Below are positions 1-14,403 of a stretch of 64,000 nt of DNA, piece by piece. The stretch spans positions 40,742 to 104,741 of the forward strand of contig CAVTXO010000012.1 of the NCBI GenBank assembly GCA_963738695.1, in the 5' to 3' direction. Position 1 is the stretch's first letter. The number at the start of each line of letters is the position of its first letter. This DNA comes from an uncultured Actinomycetota bacterium (lineage in GTDB: Bacteria; Actinomycetota; Actinomycetes; Mycobacteriales; Mycobacteriaceae). A program made the translations under genes and the position numbers. The notes beneath the pieces are model-generated. The model did no database searches. It had not been told where the DNA came from and saw only the letters and a program-made list of their open reading frames with translations.

Positions 1-89
1 GCTGCGTGGGCGCGAAGCTGGGATCGGGTGGCATCGCTTCAATGATGCGGCGTCGGAGCCGAACTACGCAGGTCGGTAGTGTGTACGAC

Positions 90-747
90 GTGCCGACCGC
101 GATGATCACCGGGGCGTCGGCGGCGGGCTCGGCCGGCCTCGCCGCCGCGCTGGCGCCGACCCACACGCTGCTGCTGGCAGGCCGCCCGTCGGACCGCCTC
201 GACGCGATGGCCGAGCGGCTCGGCGCTACCACCTGGCCGATGGACCTCACCGATCCCGACTCGCATCGAGGCGGGCGTCGAGCCGATGCTGTCGAACTCG
301 ACGTGCTGTCCACAACGCCGGGGTGGCCTATCCCGGGCGGGTCGCGGAGTCGTCGGTCGACGAGTGGCGCGCCACCATCGAGGTCAACGTCATCGGGGCG
401 GTCGCGCTGACGCTGGCGCTGCTGCCGGCGCTGCGCAGCGCCGGCGGCCAGGTCGTGTTCATCAACTCGAGCTCGGGAATCACCGTCTCGCCCGGGCTGG
501 CGTCCTACTCGGCGAGCAAGTTCGCGCTGCGGGCGTTCGCCGATTCGCTGCGGACCGACGAACCGACCTGCGGGTGACGTCGGTGCACCCCGGCCGCATC
601 GACACACCGATGCAGGAGATCCGGTCGATTACGACGGTCGCGAGTACGACCCGTCGCAGTTTCTCAGCCCGGAGACCGTCGCCGCGATCGTCGCCCAGGC
701 CGTGAACGCGCCTGCCGACGCGCACGTCCGCGAGGTCGTCGTCCGCC

Positions 748-751
<4 letters not shown>
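90..751 (+). CDS. Short-chain dehydrogenase/reductase (frameshifted in this sequence)
   Basis: TAMITGAS N-terminus, 'VFINS' and catalytic 'YSASK', '[14 protein letters not shown]' spread across three frames; TAG at 749-751. Confidence 0.85.
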
Positions 752-3606
<2,855 letters not shown>

Positions 3607-3863
3607 GTGAACAGGGTAGTCAACGGGGTGTGCGCGGCCGTCGGCACGCCATGTGGCCCAGGTCACGGCCCGGCGCACGCGTCCCCGGGGAGTTCGGCAA
3701 CGGGCTGATCTCGGTTCCGTTGCAGACCGGTCAGCGCATGGTTGCGAGTCGATTCCAGCCCTGGTGGCCGGCCGCTCGGCGCGTGGATACAGTCGGCGCC
3801 TGACCCAAGGGCACATCCGCGTGCCCTGAACCGTGCCGAAGAGTTTCGGAAGGACCGCGTCAG

Positions 3864-4823
3864 ATGTTCGAGAACGCCCGCCGCTGGGGGCTTCTGGCAG
3901 GAGGTATGGCCGCCGGTGTGGCCGGCGTCGTCGGCTTCGCAGGCACCACCGCCTCGGCCGAGCCCAGCCTCCCGCAGCCATCGCTGCCCGCACCCGCGAC
4001 GGTGACGCAGACGTCACCGTCGCGGCGGGCGCACCGTGCCGGCCGCCGCCCCCGGCCAGGTCGCCGCGATGCCGTGGCGGCCCGCGCAGGTACCGGGCGC
4101 GCTACCGGTCGGGCGCACAGCCCGTCGCAGGCCTGAACGCGGCCACCGTCCCCGACGTGCCCGTCCCGCGCCGCGCCGTCGACGATCGTGCCCGCCGCCT
4201 CCGGCACCATCACCGACTTCCTCAAGAGAAGAACGTCGGCCTCGAGCCGCAGATCGCCAAGGACTTCAAGGCGCTCAACATCGTGCTGCCGATGCCGACC
4301 GGGCTGGAGCCAGATGCCCGATCCCAACGTCCCCGACGCCTTCGCGGTGATCGCCGACCGCGTCGGCGGCGACGGGCTCTACTCGTCGAACGCCGCGGTC
4401 GTCGTCTACAAGCTGGTCGGTGACTTCGATCCGAAGGAGGCCATCAGCCACGGGCTGATCGACAGCCAGCAGCTTCCGGCGTGGCGCTCCACCGACGCGT
4501 CGCTCGCCGACTTCGGCGGCATGCCGTCCTCGATGATCGAGGGCACCTACCGGCAGAACAACATGACCCTCAACACCTCCAGGCGCCACGTCATCGCCAC
4601 CTCCGGACCCGACCGCTACCTGGTGACGCTGTCCGTGACGACGAGCGCGCAGGTGTCGGTGGCCGCGGGCGCAGCGACCGACGCCATCGTCAACGGCTTC
4701 CGGGTCAGCTCGCCCGACGCGCCACCCCCCGCCCCGCCCCCAGCCGCACCGCCTGCCGCCGCGCCGCCGGCAGCCCTGCCGGCCGTACCTGCGCAGGCGC
4801 CGGTGCTCGGGGTACCGCGCTAG
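3864..4823 (+). CDS. mtc28: Secreted proline-rich Mtc28-like / LpqN-LpqT family protein (Rv0040c-like)
   Basis: Signal peptide ending ASA, Pro-rich linker, 'PDPNVPDAFAVIADR...SNAAVVVYKLVGDFDPKEAISHG'; position beside leuS. Confidence 0.85.
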
Positions 4824-4871
4824 CCCCGATCCGCCGCACCCGGCGCCGCGGGCCTCGTATTGTGTCGGCCC

Positions 4872-5214
4872 ATGTTGATCGCCGCGGTGCTCTGCCTGTG
4901 CGCCGCCGCCGTCACCGCCGGCCTCGGGGTGTGGCTGCTGACCCGACCACGGTCCAGCGATCCGGTCCGCCAGGTGTTGCGCACCGTCGCCCCCACCCAG
5001 TTGGCGGCCGCCGCCATGCTGGCCGCGGGAGGCACCGTGGCGCTGTCGGCACGCCCGCAGACCGGCGATGCTCGTCGTCGTGGTCTGCGTCATCGGTGCC
5101 GTCGGCACCGTCGCCGCCGGGTGCTACCAGAGCGCCAAGGCCGTGGCACGCCAGGAAGCCACGGTCGGCGGCTGCGCGGGCGCCTGCGCGTCCTGCACGC
5201 TGTCCTGCAACTGA
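4872..5214 (+). CDS. Small Cys-rich membrane protein (Rv0039c-like)
   Basis: Hydrophobic helices, 'RTVAPTQLAAAAMLAAGG', C-terminal 'GCAGACASCTLSCN*' after a frameshift; synteny. Confidence 0.75.
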
Positions 5215-5218
5215 CGTC

Positions 5219-6223
5219 ATGCTCCGCGCACTGCGGGCACTACCCGCTGACGGCTTCGTCGTCGCGCTGCTCGCGGTCGTCGCGCTGGCTGCGGTGCTAC
5301 CCGCGACCGGCGCGTTCGGCGACGCGCTGTCGGTCGCGACGAAGGTCGTCATCGCGCTGCTGTTCGCGCTGTACGGCGCGCGGCTCGTCCCCCGCGCGAG
5401 GCGTGGCACGGCCTGCGCCACTGGCGGCTGCACCTGCTGGTGCTGGCCGCCACGTTCGTCGCCTTCCCGCTGCTCGGGCTTGGCCGCCAAGGCGCTGGTC
5501 CCCGGTGTCCTGACCCCCGATCTGTACACGGGGGTGCTGTTCCTGTGCCTGGTGCCGTCGACGGTGCAGTCGTCGATCGCCTTCACGTCGATCGCGCACG
5601 GCAACGTGCCAGCCGCGATCGTGAGCGCGTCGCTGTCGAACATCCTCGGCGTCGTGCTCACCCCGCTGCTGGTGGTGCTGCTGCTTCAGACCGCGGGCGG
5701 CGTACGCGTCGACGGGTCGGCGGTGCTCGACATCGTGGTGCAGCTGCTGCTGCCGTTCGTCGATCGGCCAGTGTGCTGCGGCCGCTGGGTGGCGGGCTGG
5801 CTCGGACCGCCACCCGGTGGTCACCAAGACCTTCGACCGCGGTTCGATCCTGCTGGTGGTCTACACGGCCTTCTCGCTCAGCATGACCGAGCACATCTGG
5901 AGCACGGTCAGCGTGCGGCGGCTCGCTCGCGGTGGCCGCGGTGTGCGCGGCTGCTGCTGGCGATCATGCTGGCGCGTCACCGTCGGGACCGCCCGGCTGG
6001 CCCGGCTGAACCGGGCGGACATGATCGGTGCTGCTGTTCTGCGGCTCCAAGAAGAGCCTGGCGTCGGGGCTGCCGATGGCGCTGGTGTTCTTCGGAACCG
6101 GGCGCCGTCGGCCTGATCATGTTGCCGCTGATGATCTTTCACCAGATTCAGCTGCTGGCGTGCGCGGCGATCGCCAGCCGGATGTCGCGCGCCGACGAGG
6201 TCGGCGAGCTTAGTTCCGGCTGA
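5219..6223 (+). CDS. Bile acid:sodium symporter family (SBF-like) transporter
   Basis: 'LCLVPSTVQSSIAFTSIAHGNV', 'FCGSKKSLASGLPMA', 'MLPLMIFHQIQL'. Confidence 0.9.
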   Translation: MLRALRALPADGFVVALLAVVALAAVLPATGAFGDALSVATKVVIALLFALYGARLVPRARRGTACATGGCTCWCWPPRSSPSRCSGLAAKALVPGVLTPDLYTGVLFLCLVPSTVQSSIAFTSIAHGNVPAAIVSASLSNILGVVLTPLLVVLLLQTAGGVRVDGSAVLDIVVQLLLPFVDRPVCCGRWVAGWLGPPPGGHQDLRPRFDPAGGLHGLLAQHDRAHLEHGQRAAARSRWPRCARLLLAIMLARHRRDRPAGPAEPGGHDRCCCSAAPRRAWRRGCRWRWCSSEPGAVGLIMLPLMIFHQIQLLACAAIASRMSRADEVGELSSG

Positions 6224-6816
6224 CGTCGATCGGGTGCGTCGCCAGCATGGACAGCGGCAACGGCTGACGCCGCAGCACCCGCGACCACAGGTCCACCCTC
6301 GGCTCGACCAGGACGTCGGATGGCAAGGCGGACAACACGATCCAGTCGTCGCGCTCGATCTCGCCGTCGAGCTGACCGATGGTCCAACCGGAGTAGCCGG
6401 CGTAGACGCGCACGCCCTCGACCATGGGAGCGATCTGGTCGGGGTCGGCGTCCAGGTCGACCATCACCATCCGGCCCTGCACGTGCCGCAGCCCCGGCAC
6501 GCCGGCGGGGTCCATGCCGACCCGCAAGCGTGGCAAGGCACAGCGCGGCGTCGCGCTTGACCGGTCCGCCGATGAACATGGTCTTGGGCTTGGTGGCCAG
6601 CTTCGCCCACTGCGGCAGGACGTTGTAGACGGCGGTCTCGCTCGGCCGGTTCAGCACCACGCCGAGGGTGCCGCCGTCGTTGTGCTCGACGACGTAGATG
6701 ACGCTGCGCCGGAACGTCGGCTCCAGCAGATCGGTGTTGGCGAGCAGCAGCGTTCCCGCACGTACCCGAGGCACCGCAGGAGCGATGAAGTCCTCCGGGT
6801 CGTCTGAATGCGCCAC
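6210..6816 (-). CDS. YqgE/AlgH family protein (Rv0038-like)
   Basis: 'FRRSVIYVVEHNDGGTLGVVLNRP', 'GGPV', 'YAGYSGWTIGQLDGEI'. Confidence 0.92.
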
Positions 6817-6938
6817 CCATCCATCATGTCACCAGCACCCATCTGACGTGGCGAACAGGCGCGGCCTGCCGGGATATTTGTAGTGTGGGTGGGGTTGCCG
6901 ATCTCCGCGTAACACCGTTCGACAGGATCGGATCTGAC

Positions 6939-8249
6939 GTGACCGAATCTCGCGCACGCAGTTGCCCTGTGGCACTCGGTGCGCGCGCTGCCCGAGTTCC
7001 GCCGACTGCTCGAGCTGCGCGCGGTCAGCCAGTTCGGCGACGGCGTGTTCCAGGCCGGCCTGGCGGGTGCGCTGCTGTTCAATCCCGAGCGCGCCGCCGG
7101 GCCGTGGGAGATCGCGGGCGCCTTCGCCGTGCTGTTCCTGCCGTACTCGCTGCTCGGCCCGTTCGCGGGTGCGCTGCTCGACCGGTGGGACCGCCGGATC
7201 GGTGCTCATCGGCGCGAACCTGGCCCGGCTGCTGCTGATGCTCGGCGTCGCCACTCTGCTGGCCGTCGGCGCCGGACGATCTGGCGATCCTGCTGCGGGG
7301 CGCTGATCGTCAACGGCTTCACCCGGTTCGTGTCGTCAGGCCTGTCCGCCGCGCTGCCGCACGTCGTGCCGCGCGAGCAGGTGGTGACGATGAACTCGGT
7401 GGCCACCGCGACCGGCGCGGCCGCGGCCTTCCTCGGCGCCATCTTCATGCTGCTGCCGCGCTGGCTGTTCGGCACCGGACGACGCGGGAGCCGCGTCGGT
7501 GATCTTCCTCGCGGCGGTGCCCGTCGCGCTCGCGCTGTGGCTGTCGGTGCGGTTCAAGCCGCACGTGCTCGGACCCGACGACAGCGTGCGGGCCGTGCAC
7601 GGTTCGGCGGCCTACGCGGTGGCCACCGGCTGGGGCTACGGCCTCCGGACCGTGCTCACCGTGCCCGACGGTCGCCGCCACGCTGTCCGGGCTGGCCGCC
7701 CACCGCGATGGTGTTCGGCATCAACACGATGCTGGTGCTGGTCATCGTGCGGCACACCGACGAGCACGACGTCGCGGGGCTCGGCACCGCGGTGCTGTTC
7801 GTCGCCGCGACCGGGTCTCGGGGCGTTCGTCGCCACGTTCGTCACCCCGGCCGCGGTTCGGCGATGGGGACGCTTCGCCACGGCCAACGGCGCGCTCGGG
7901 CTGGCGGCGATCATCCAGCTGGGCGCGGCGGGACTGCAGCTGCCGGTGATGATGGTCGTGCGGGTTCCTGCTCGGCACCACAGGCCAGGTGGTCAAGCTG
8001 TGTGCCGACTCCGCCATGCAGATCGACGTCGACGACGCGCTGCGCGGCCACGTCTTCACGGTCCAGGATTCGCTGTTCTGGGTGTCGTTCATCGCCGCGA
8101 TCGCGGTGTCGGCCGCCGTCATTCCCGCCGACGGCCACGCGCCGCGCGCTGGTGGTCGCAGGCGCGCGCGGTGTACCTCGTCGGTCTGGTCGCGCACGCA
8201 TCGCGTCGGCCGACGGTCGAGGCCCGAACCAGGCGTGCGGCAAGGATAG
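6939..8249 (+). CDS. MFS transporter (Rv0037c-like), frameshifted; 3' end approximate
   Basis: '[17 protein letters not shown]', '[13 protein letters not shown]', '[18 protein letters not shown]'. Confidence 0.85.
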
Positions 8250-8254
8250 CGGCC

Positions 8255-9035
8255 ATGGCTGGTGCCGACTCCGTGGTCGCCGATCTTCGTGCGGAGAGCG
8301 ACGAACTCGACGCGCTCGTCGCCGACCTGCCTGCGGAGCGCTGGCGCACCGAGACCCCCGCGCCGGGGTGGACCATCGCGCACCAGATCGCACACCTGCT
8401 GTGGACCGACCGGGTCGCGGTCGTCGCCGTCACCGACGAAGCGGGCTTCGGCGAGCTGTTGACCGAGGCGGCCGCGAATCCGACGGGCTTCGTCGACGAC
8501 GGCGCCGAGGAGCTCGCCGCGACCCCGCCCGCCGAGCTGCTGGCCGACTGGCGGCGCACCCGGACCCGGCTGCACGACGAACTGCTCGACGTCACCGACG
8601 GTCGCAAGCTGCCCGTGGTTCGGCCCGCCGATGAGCGCGACGTCGATGGCGACGGCCCGCCTGATGGAGACCTGGGCGCACGGCCTCGACGTCGCCGACG
8701 CGCTCGGGGTCACCCGCCCCGCCACGGCCCGACTGCGGTCGATCGCCCACATCGGGGTCAGGACACGGGATTTCGCGTTCACCGTGCACGGGCTGACCGC
8801 GCCCGCCGATCCGTTCCTCGTCGAGCTGCGCGCACCCGACGGGGACACGTGGTCGTGGGGCCCCGCCGACGCCGCCGCAACGCGTGACCGGTTCGCGCCG
8901 AGGACTTCTGCATGCTGGTCACGCAGCGTCGGCCGCGTCGCCGAACTCGACGTGACGGCCGACGGCGCCGACGCGCAGAAGTGGTTGACGATCGCGCAGG
9001 CGTTCGCGGGTCCGCCGGGGCCCGGCAGGAACTAG
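8255..9035 (+). CDS. TIGR03084 / MDMPI-like metal-binding protein (Rv0036c-like)
   Basis: '[15 protein letters not shown]', '[10 protein letters not shown]', C-terminal '[13 protein letters not shown]'. Confidence 0.88.
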
Positions 9036-9038
9036 GCC

Positions 9039-9548
9039 CTACAGCTCGGCGGCCGCGTCGGCCGCACCGTCGCCGTCGGTGTCGGCCAGCCGGACGTCCC
9101 ACCGCCCGTCGCCGTCGGCGTCGACGTACGCCTGATCGCCGACGAGCGCACGGTCGGCCAGGCCGTCCCGATCGGCGTCGAGCAGCCGGTCGTCGACCTG
9201 CGCCGTCACCGTCGAAGTCGACCAGCGGACCGCCGCTCGTCTCCGCGCCGTCCAGCCCGAACCAGCGCAGCTCGACCGCCTCGGTCCCTTCGCGTCGACG
9301 CTGACCGCCCACGTCCCCGTGCCGTCGTCGGTGAACGACGCCTCGGCGTGCCCGTCGTCGTCGAGGTCGAGGACGGCGTGGTCGGCCACGCCGTCGCCGT
9401 CGAGGTCGGCCAACGCGTCGTCGAGGAGGCCGTCGCCGTCGAAGTCCAGGCCGATCGCGTCGAACTCGCCGTCACCGTCGATGTCGAGATTCGGCTCGGC
9501 CGACCACATCGCCGCCGTACCGTCACCGTCGCCCAAGCAGTAGTCCAT
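9039..9548 (-). CDS. Acidic DxDxDG-repeat protein (Rv3906c-like)
   Basis: Repeated DIDGDG/DFDGDG/DLDGDG/DADGDG/DTDGDG motifs; directly downstream of pcnA. Confidence 0.85.
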   Translation of the reverse strand: MDYCLGDGDGTAAMWSAEPNLDIDGDGEFDAIGLDFDGDGLLDDALADLDGDGVADHAVLDLDDDGHAEASFTDDGTGTWAVSVDAKGPRRSSCAGSGWTARRRAAVRWSTSTVTAQVDDRLLDADRDGLADRALVGDQAYVDADGDGRWDVRLADTDGDGAADAAAEL

Positions 9549-9594
9549 ACATCCCCCGTCGCTTCGCTCGCCTCCATGGGTTTAAGACGCGAGC

Positions 9595-11057
9595 CTAGCC
9601 CCTCGCGTTCCACCAGTTCTGGAGTTCGGCGACGGCCTCGTCGTGATCGAGCGGACCGCGGTCCAGCCGCAGCTCCTTGAGGTACCGCCAGGCCTGCCCC
9701 GACCTGCGGGCCCGCCGGGATGCCGAGGATCCCCATGATCTCGTTGCCGTCGAGGTCGGGCCGGACCCGCTGCAGGTCCTCCTTGGCCGCCAGTTCGGCG
9801 ATGCGCTGCTCGAGGCTGTCGTAGTTGGCCTGCAGCCGCGCGGCCCGCCGCTTGTTGCGGGTGGTGCAGTCGGCGCGGACCAGCTTGTGCAGCCTGTCCA
9901 GCAGCGGTCCCGCGTCGGTGACGTAGCGGCGCACCGCGGAGTCCGTCCACTTGCCGGCCCCTCGGCATCCGCGTAGCCGTGGAACCGCAGGTGCAGATAG
10001 ACCAGCTGGGAGACGTCGTCGACCATCTGCTTGGAGTACTTCAGCGCCCGCATCCGCTTGCGGGTCATCTTCGCGCCCGACCACCTCGTGGTGGTGGAAG
10101 CTCACGCCGCCGTCGGCCTCGTGCCTGCGGGTGCCGGCTTGCCGATGTCGTGCAGCAGCGCCGCCCACCGCAGCACCAGATCCGGGCCGCTCGTCGGGCT
10201 CCTCGAGATCGATCGGCCTGCGCCAGCACCGTCAGCGAATGCTGGTAGACGTCCTTGTGCTGGTGGTGCTCGTCGATGGCCATCTGCATCGCCCCGATCT
10301 CGGGCAGCACCACCTCGCCGAGCCCGGTCTGCACCATCAGGTCGATGCCCGCGACCGGGTCGGCGCCGAGCATCAGCTTGTCCAGCTCGGCGGCCACCCG
10401 CTCGGCGGTGATGCGGCCGAGCTCCGGCGCCATCCGCTCCATCGCGTCGCGGACCCTCGGCGCGACGGCGAAGCCGAGCTGCGAGACGAACCGCGCCGCC
10501 CGCAGCATCCGCAGCGGATCGTCGCCGAACGACACCTCCGGCGCCGCGGGGGTGTCCAGCACGCCGGCCCGCAGCGCCGCCAATCCGCCTAGGGGATCGT
10601 GGAATTCGCCGAGCGCCGGCGGCCGGTCGATGCGCACCGCCATCGCGTTGACGGTGAAGTCGCGGCGCACCAGGTCGTCGTCGAGGGTGTCGCCGAAGCG
10701 CACCTGCGGATTGCGCGACACCTGGTCGTAGCTGTCGGCGCGGAACGTCGTGATCTCGATGCGCTGGTCGCCCTTGGCCGCGCCGATGGTGCCGAACTCG
10801 ATGCCGGTGTCCCACAGCCCGTCGGCCCAGCGCCGCACGATCTGCTGCACCCGCTCCGGCCGGGCGTCGGTGGTGAAGTCCAGATCGGTTCGGCCACCCG
10901 GTCGAGCAGCGCGTCGCGGACGCTGCCGCCGACCAGATACAGCTCGTGGCCGGCCTCAGCGAACAACTCGCCCAAGCTCGCCCAGCACGGGGGCGTGCGG
11001 CTGCAGCGCCATGGCGGCGGCCAACAGCTCGGCGTCGGCGCTGGGATCGTTCGGCAC
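9595..11057 (-). CDS. pcnA: CCA tRNA nucleotidyltransferase / poly(A) polymerase family with HD domain
   Basis: 'LYLVGGSVRD', 'DDLVRRDFTVNAMA', 'FGDDPLRMLRAARF', 'LLHDIGKP'. Confidence 0.95.
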
Positions 11058-11178
11058 GTTCGATGATCTTCCACCGAGCTCGCTGCGCTCACGGCGACCG
11101 TAACGACCCGGCGACAAGCCGACCACGAACGGCGAGTGCAGCGGGGGCGAAAGTTCAGCGGCAGCTACTATCGCTTGG

Positions 11179-11992
11179 GTGTCGGAGGGCGAACGGGCCA
11201 AACCACGACGGCGCCGAGGAAGGCGCCGCGGCCGACGCTCGGCTGGTCCGCCGGAGGCCGCGTGCAGCCGGCGAACCCCGACCCATCGCCGACCCCATCG
11301 CACACGACCACGACCCAGCCCCGCAACCCCGACGGCGCCACGCCACCCAGCACAACGGCCACAAGCCCGGCCCGGCCGGCGTCAGCACCGGACCGGCTGC
11401 GCACCGTGCACGAGACCTCGGCGGGCGGCCTGGTGATCGACGGCATCGACGGCCCGAAGGACGATCAGGTGGCGGCGCTGATCGGACGCGTCGACCGCCG
11501 AGGCCGCATGTTGTGGTCGCTGCCGAAGGGCCACATCGAACTCGGCGAGACCGCCGAGCAGACCGCGATCCGCGAGGTCGCCGAGGAGACCGGCATCCAG
11601 GGCAGCGTGCTCGCCGCACTCGGCAGCATCGACTACTGGTTCGTCACCGAGGGCCGCCGCGTGCACAAGACCGTGCACCATTACCTGATGCGCTTCCTCG
11701 GCGGTGAGCTCTCCGACGAGGACGTCGAGGTCAGCGAGGTGGCCTGGGTGCCCGCTCAAGGAGCTTCCCGCCCGGCTGGCCTACGCCGACGAGCGCGCGC
11801 CTGGCCGAGGTCGCCGGAGAGCTGATCGACCAGCTGCACACCGACGGCCCGGCGTCACTGCCGCCGCTGCCGCACTCCTCGCCGCGGCGCCGCGCCCAGA
11901 CCCATTCGCACACCCGAAACCGTCGACCCGACGACTCCACGCAACCCCCGAAACCTGGCCGGCGGGCGAACGGCTGCGGCCAGGGACCATGA
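11179..11992 (+). CDS. mutT4: NUDIX hydrolase (Rv3908-like)
   Basis: Nudix box '[25 protein letters not shown]'; N-terminal '[18 protein letters not shown]'. Confidence 0.9.
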
Positions 11993-14403
11993 CGCGCCGC
12001 GCCGGCTGTTGACGGCTCTGGTCGCGCTTGCTGGCCGCCGCCGCACTGCTGACGCTGATCGCCGCACCCGCCCTCCTGCCTCGCGCCGCCGCGGGCGAAC
12101 CCGGCGCGACCCCCTTCCTCGCTGCTGCACATCGACCGCGTCACGCCCGACATCGTCAGCACCACGAGCGAACCCATCGTCACCGTGGCGGGCACCGTGA
12201 CCAACGTCGGCGACCGCCCCGTGCGCGACGTCATGGTGCGCCTCGAGCACGCGCGCGGCGGTGACGTCGTCGGCGGGCCTGCGCACCAACCTGGCCGGCG
12301 ACGTCGACGCAGTACGAGGCGGTCGCCGACTTCATCACGGTGGCGCCCGGAGCTGGAGCAGGGCCAGAACGTCCCGTTCACGCTGTCCTATCCGGTGCGC
12401 TCGACGGAGCTGCCGTCGCTGCAGCATCGACCAGCCCGGCGTCTACCCCGTGCTGGTCAACGTCAACGGCACCCCCGACTACGGCGCGCCCGCGCGCCTC
12501 GACGACGCCCGCTTCCTGCTGCCGGTGCTCGGCGTGCCACCCGACCCGTCCACCGACGCGGCCGACCCGCTGTCGGCCGTCGTGCCACCCGACACGTCGC
12601 GGCCGACCCGCATCACCATGCTGTGGCCGCTGGCCGACCGGCCACGCCTCGCCGCGGGCGTCCCGGGCGGCACCACCCCGGTCCGCCTCGTCGACGACGA
12701 TCTGGCGACCTCGCTGGCCGCCGGTGGCCGGCTCGACACGCTGCTCTCGGCGATCGACTTCGCGACCAGCCCGGCCGTCGACCCCGGCGGCCAGGTCCGC
12801 AGCGCCACCTGCCTCGCGGTCGACCCCGACCTGCTGGTCACCGTGAACGCGATGACGGCGGGCTACGTCGTCAACGACGATCCCCGACGGCGGGCTGAGC
12901 TCCCCGACCCACCCCGGCACCGGCCAGGACGCCGCGATGAACTGGCTGAACCGGCTGAGGGCGCTCGGCCAGCGGATGTGCGTGGCGTCGTCGGTGTACG
13001 CGCAGGCCGATCTCGGCGCGCTGCAGCGGGTCGGCGATCCCGGCCTCGGCGCGGTGGCGACCACGCGACGGCGGTGACATCGTCGACCAGATCCTCGGCG
13101 TCAAGTCGGTGCGCGGCGCGACCCTGGTCGGCGACGGCCCGCTCACCGGCCCTGCGGTCCGGCTGCTGTCGGATGCGCAGGCCCGACCGTCGCGATCGCG
13201 GCCCCCGAGTTCACCGCCCAGGACTCCGTCCAACGGCGAGCCGCCGCCCCTCGACCTGACGCCGCGCCGGTACACCCCGCAGGTGGTCACCGCGCCGTTC
13301 GACCCGATGGTCGGCGCCGCACTGGCCGGCGCGGGCACGCAGCCCGACGGCGCCCGTCGTACCTCGATCCGTCGCTGGACGTCCCGCTGCGGCACGACTC
13401 CGTCGGTCGCGCGCCGCCAGGACGCGCTGGCGTCGATGCTGTGGCGCGGGCTGCGACCCGACGCCGAACCGCGCACCCAGATCGCTGGTGCCGCCGCTGG
13501 TGTGGGACCTCGCCGCCCGACGACGCGACGGCCATGCTCTCCACGCTCGCCACGTCCATCCACGCCGGGCTGACGGTGCCGCGGCCGCTGACCGCGGTGA
13601 TCGCCGAGAGCGAGGCCGTGCCGCCGCCGGACAGTCAGCCGCTGCCCGGCGACTGCGCTCGGCAACTCGCGCGCCCGCTTCGACGACTCGGTGACCGACG
13701 GACGTCGCGGCGGTGACCGGCACGGGTGGCGGGTCTGACGTCGGCGCTGACCGTCGACCCGCGCACCGGGCTGACCGGCACGCAGTACACCGCGCCGCTG
13801 CGCGAGGACATGCTGCGGGCGCTGAGCCAGTCGGTGCCGCCCGACGCGCGCAACGGCATGGCCGGGCAACGCGTGCGCACCGTCGGCGCCACCGTCGACG
13901 ACCTGTTCCGCGCCGTCACCATCGTCAACCCCGGCGGCTCCTACACCCTGGCCACCGAGCGCAGCCCGCTGCCGCTGGCGCTGCGCAACGACCTGCCCGT
14001 GCCGATCCGGGTGCGGCTGGCCGTCGACGCACCGCCGGGGATGACGGTCACCGACATGGGCGAGATCGAGTTGCCGCCAGGGTTCCTTCCGCTGCGGGTG
14101 CCGATCGAGGTGCACTTCACCCAGCGGGTGGCCGTCGACGTGGCGCTGCGCACCGCCGACGGGCTGCCGCTCGGCGAGCCGGTGCGGCTGTCGGTGCACT
14201 CCAACGCGTACGGCAAGGTGCTGTTCTTCATCACGCTGTCGGCGGGCGTCGTGCTCGTCCTGCTGGCCGGGCGACGGCTGTGGCACCGCTTCCGCGGCCA
14301 ACCCGACCGCGCCGATCTCGACCGGCCGCGGCGCCGCAGCTCGCGCGGCGACGATCCCGATCCGCTCGACGTCGCGATCGCCCACGCACCGGACGACTCG
14401 TGA
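11989..14403 (+). CDS. Large exported glycoprotein-like protein (Rv3909-like), frameshifted
   Basis: Signal peptide, '[16 protein letters not shown]', '[10 protein letters not shown]', C-terminal TM '[14 protein letters not shown]...RRLWHRFRG'; ATGA coupling to mutT4. Confidence 0.85.
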
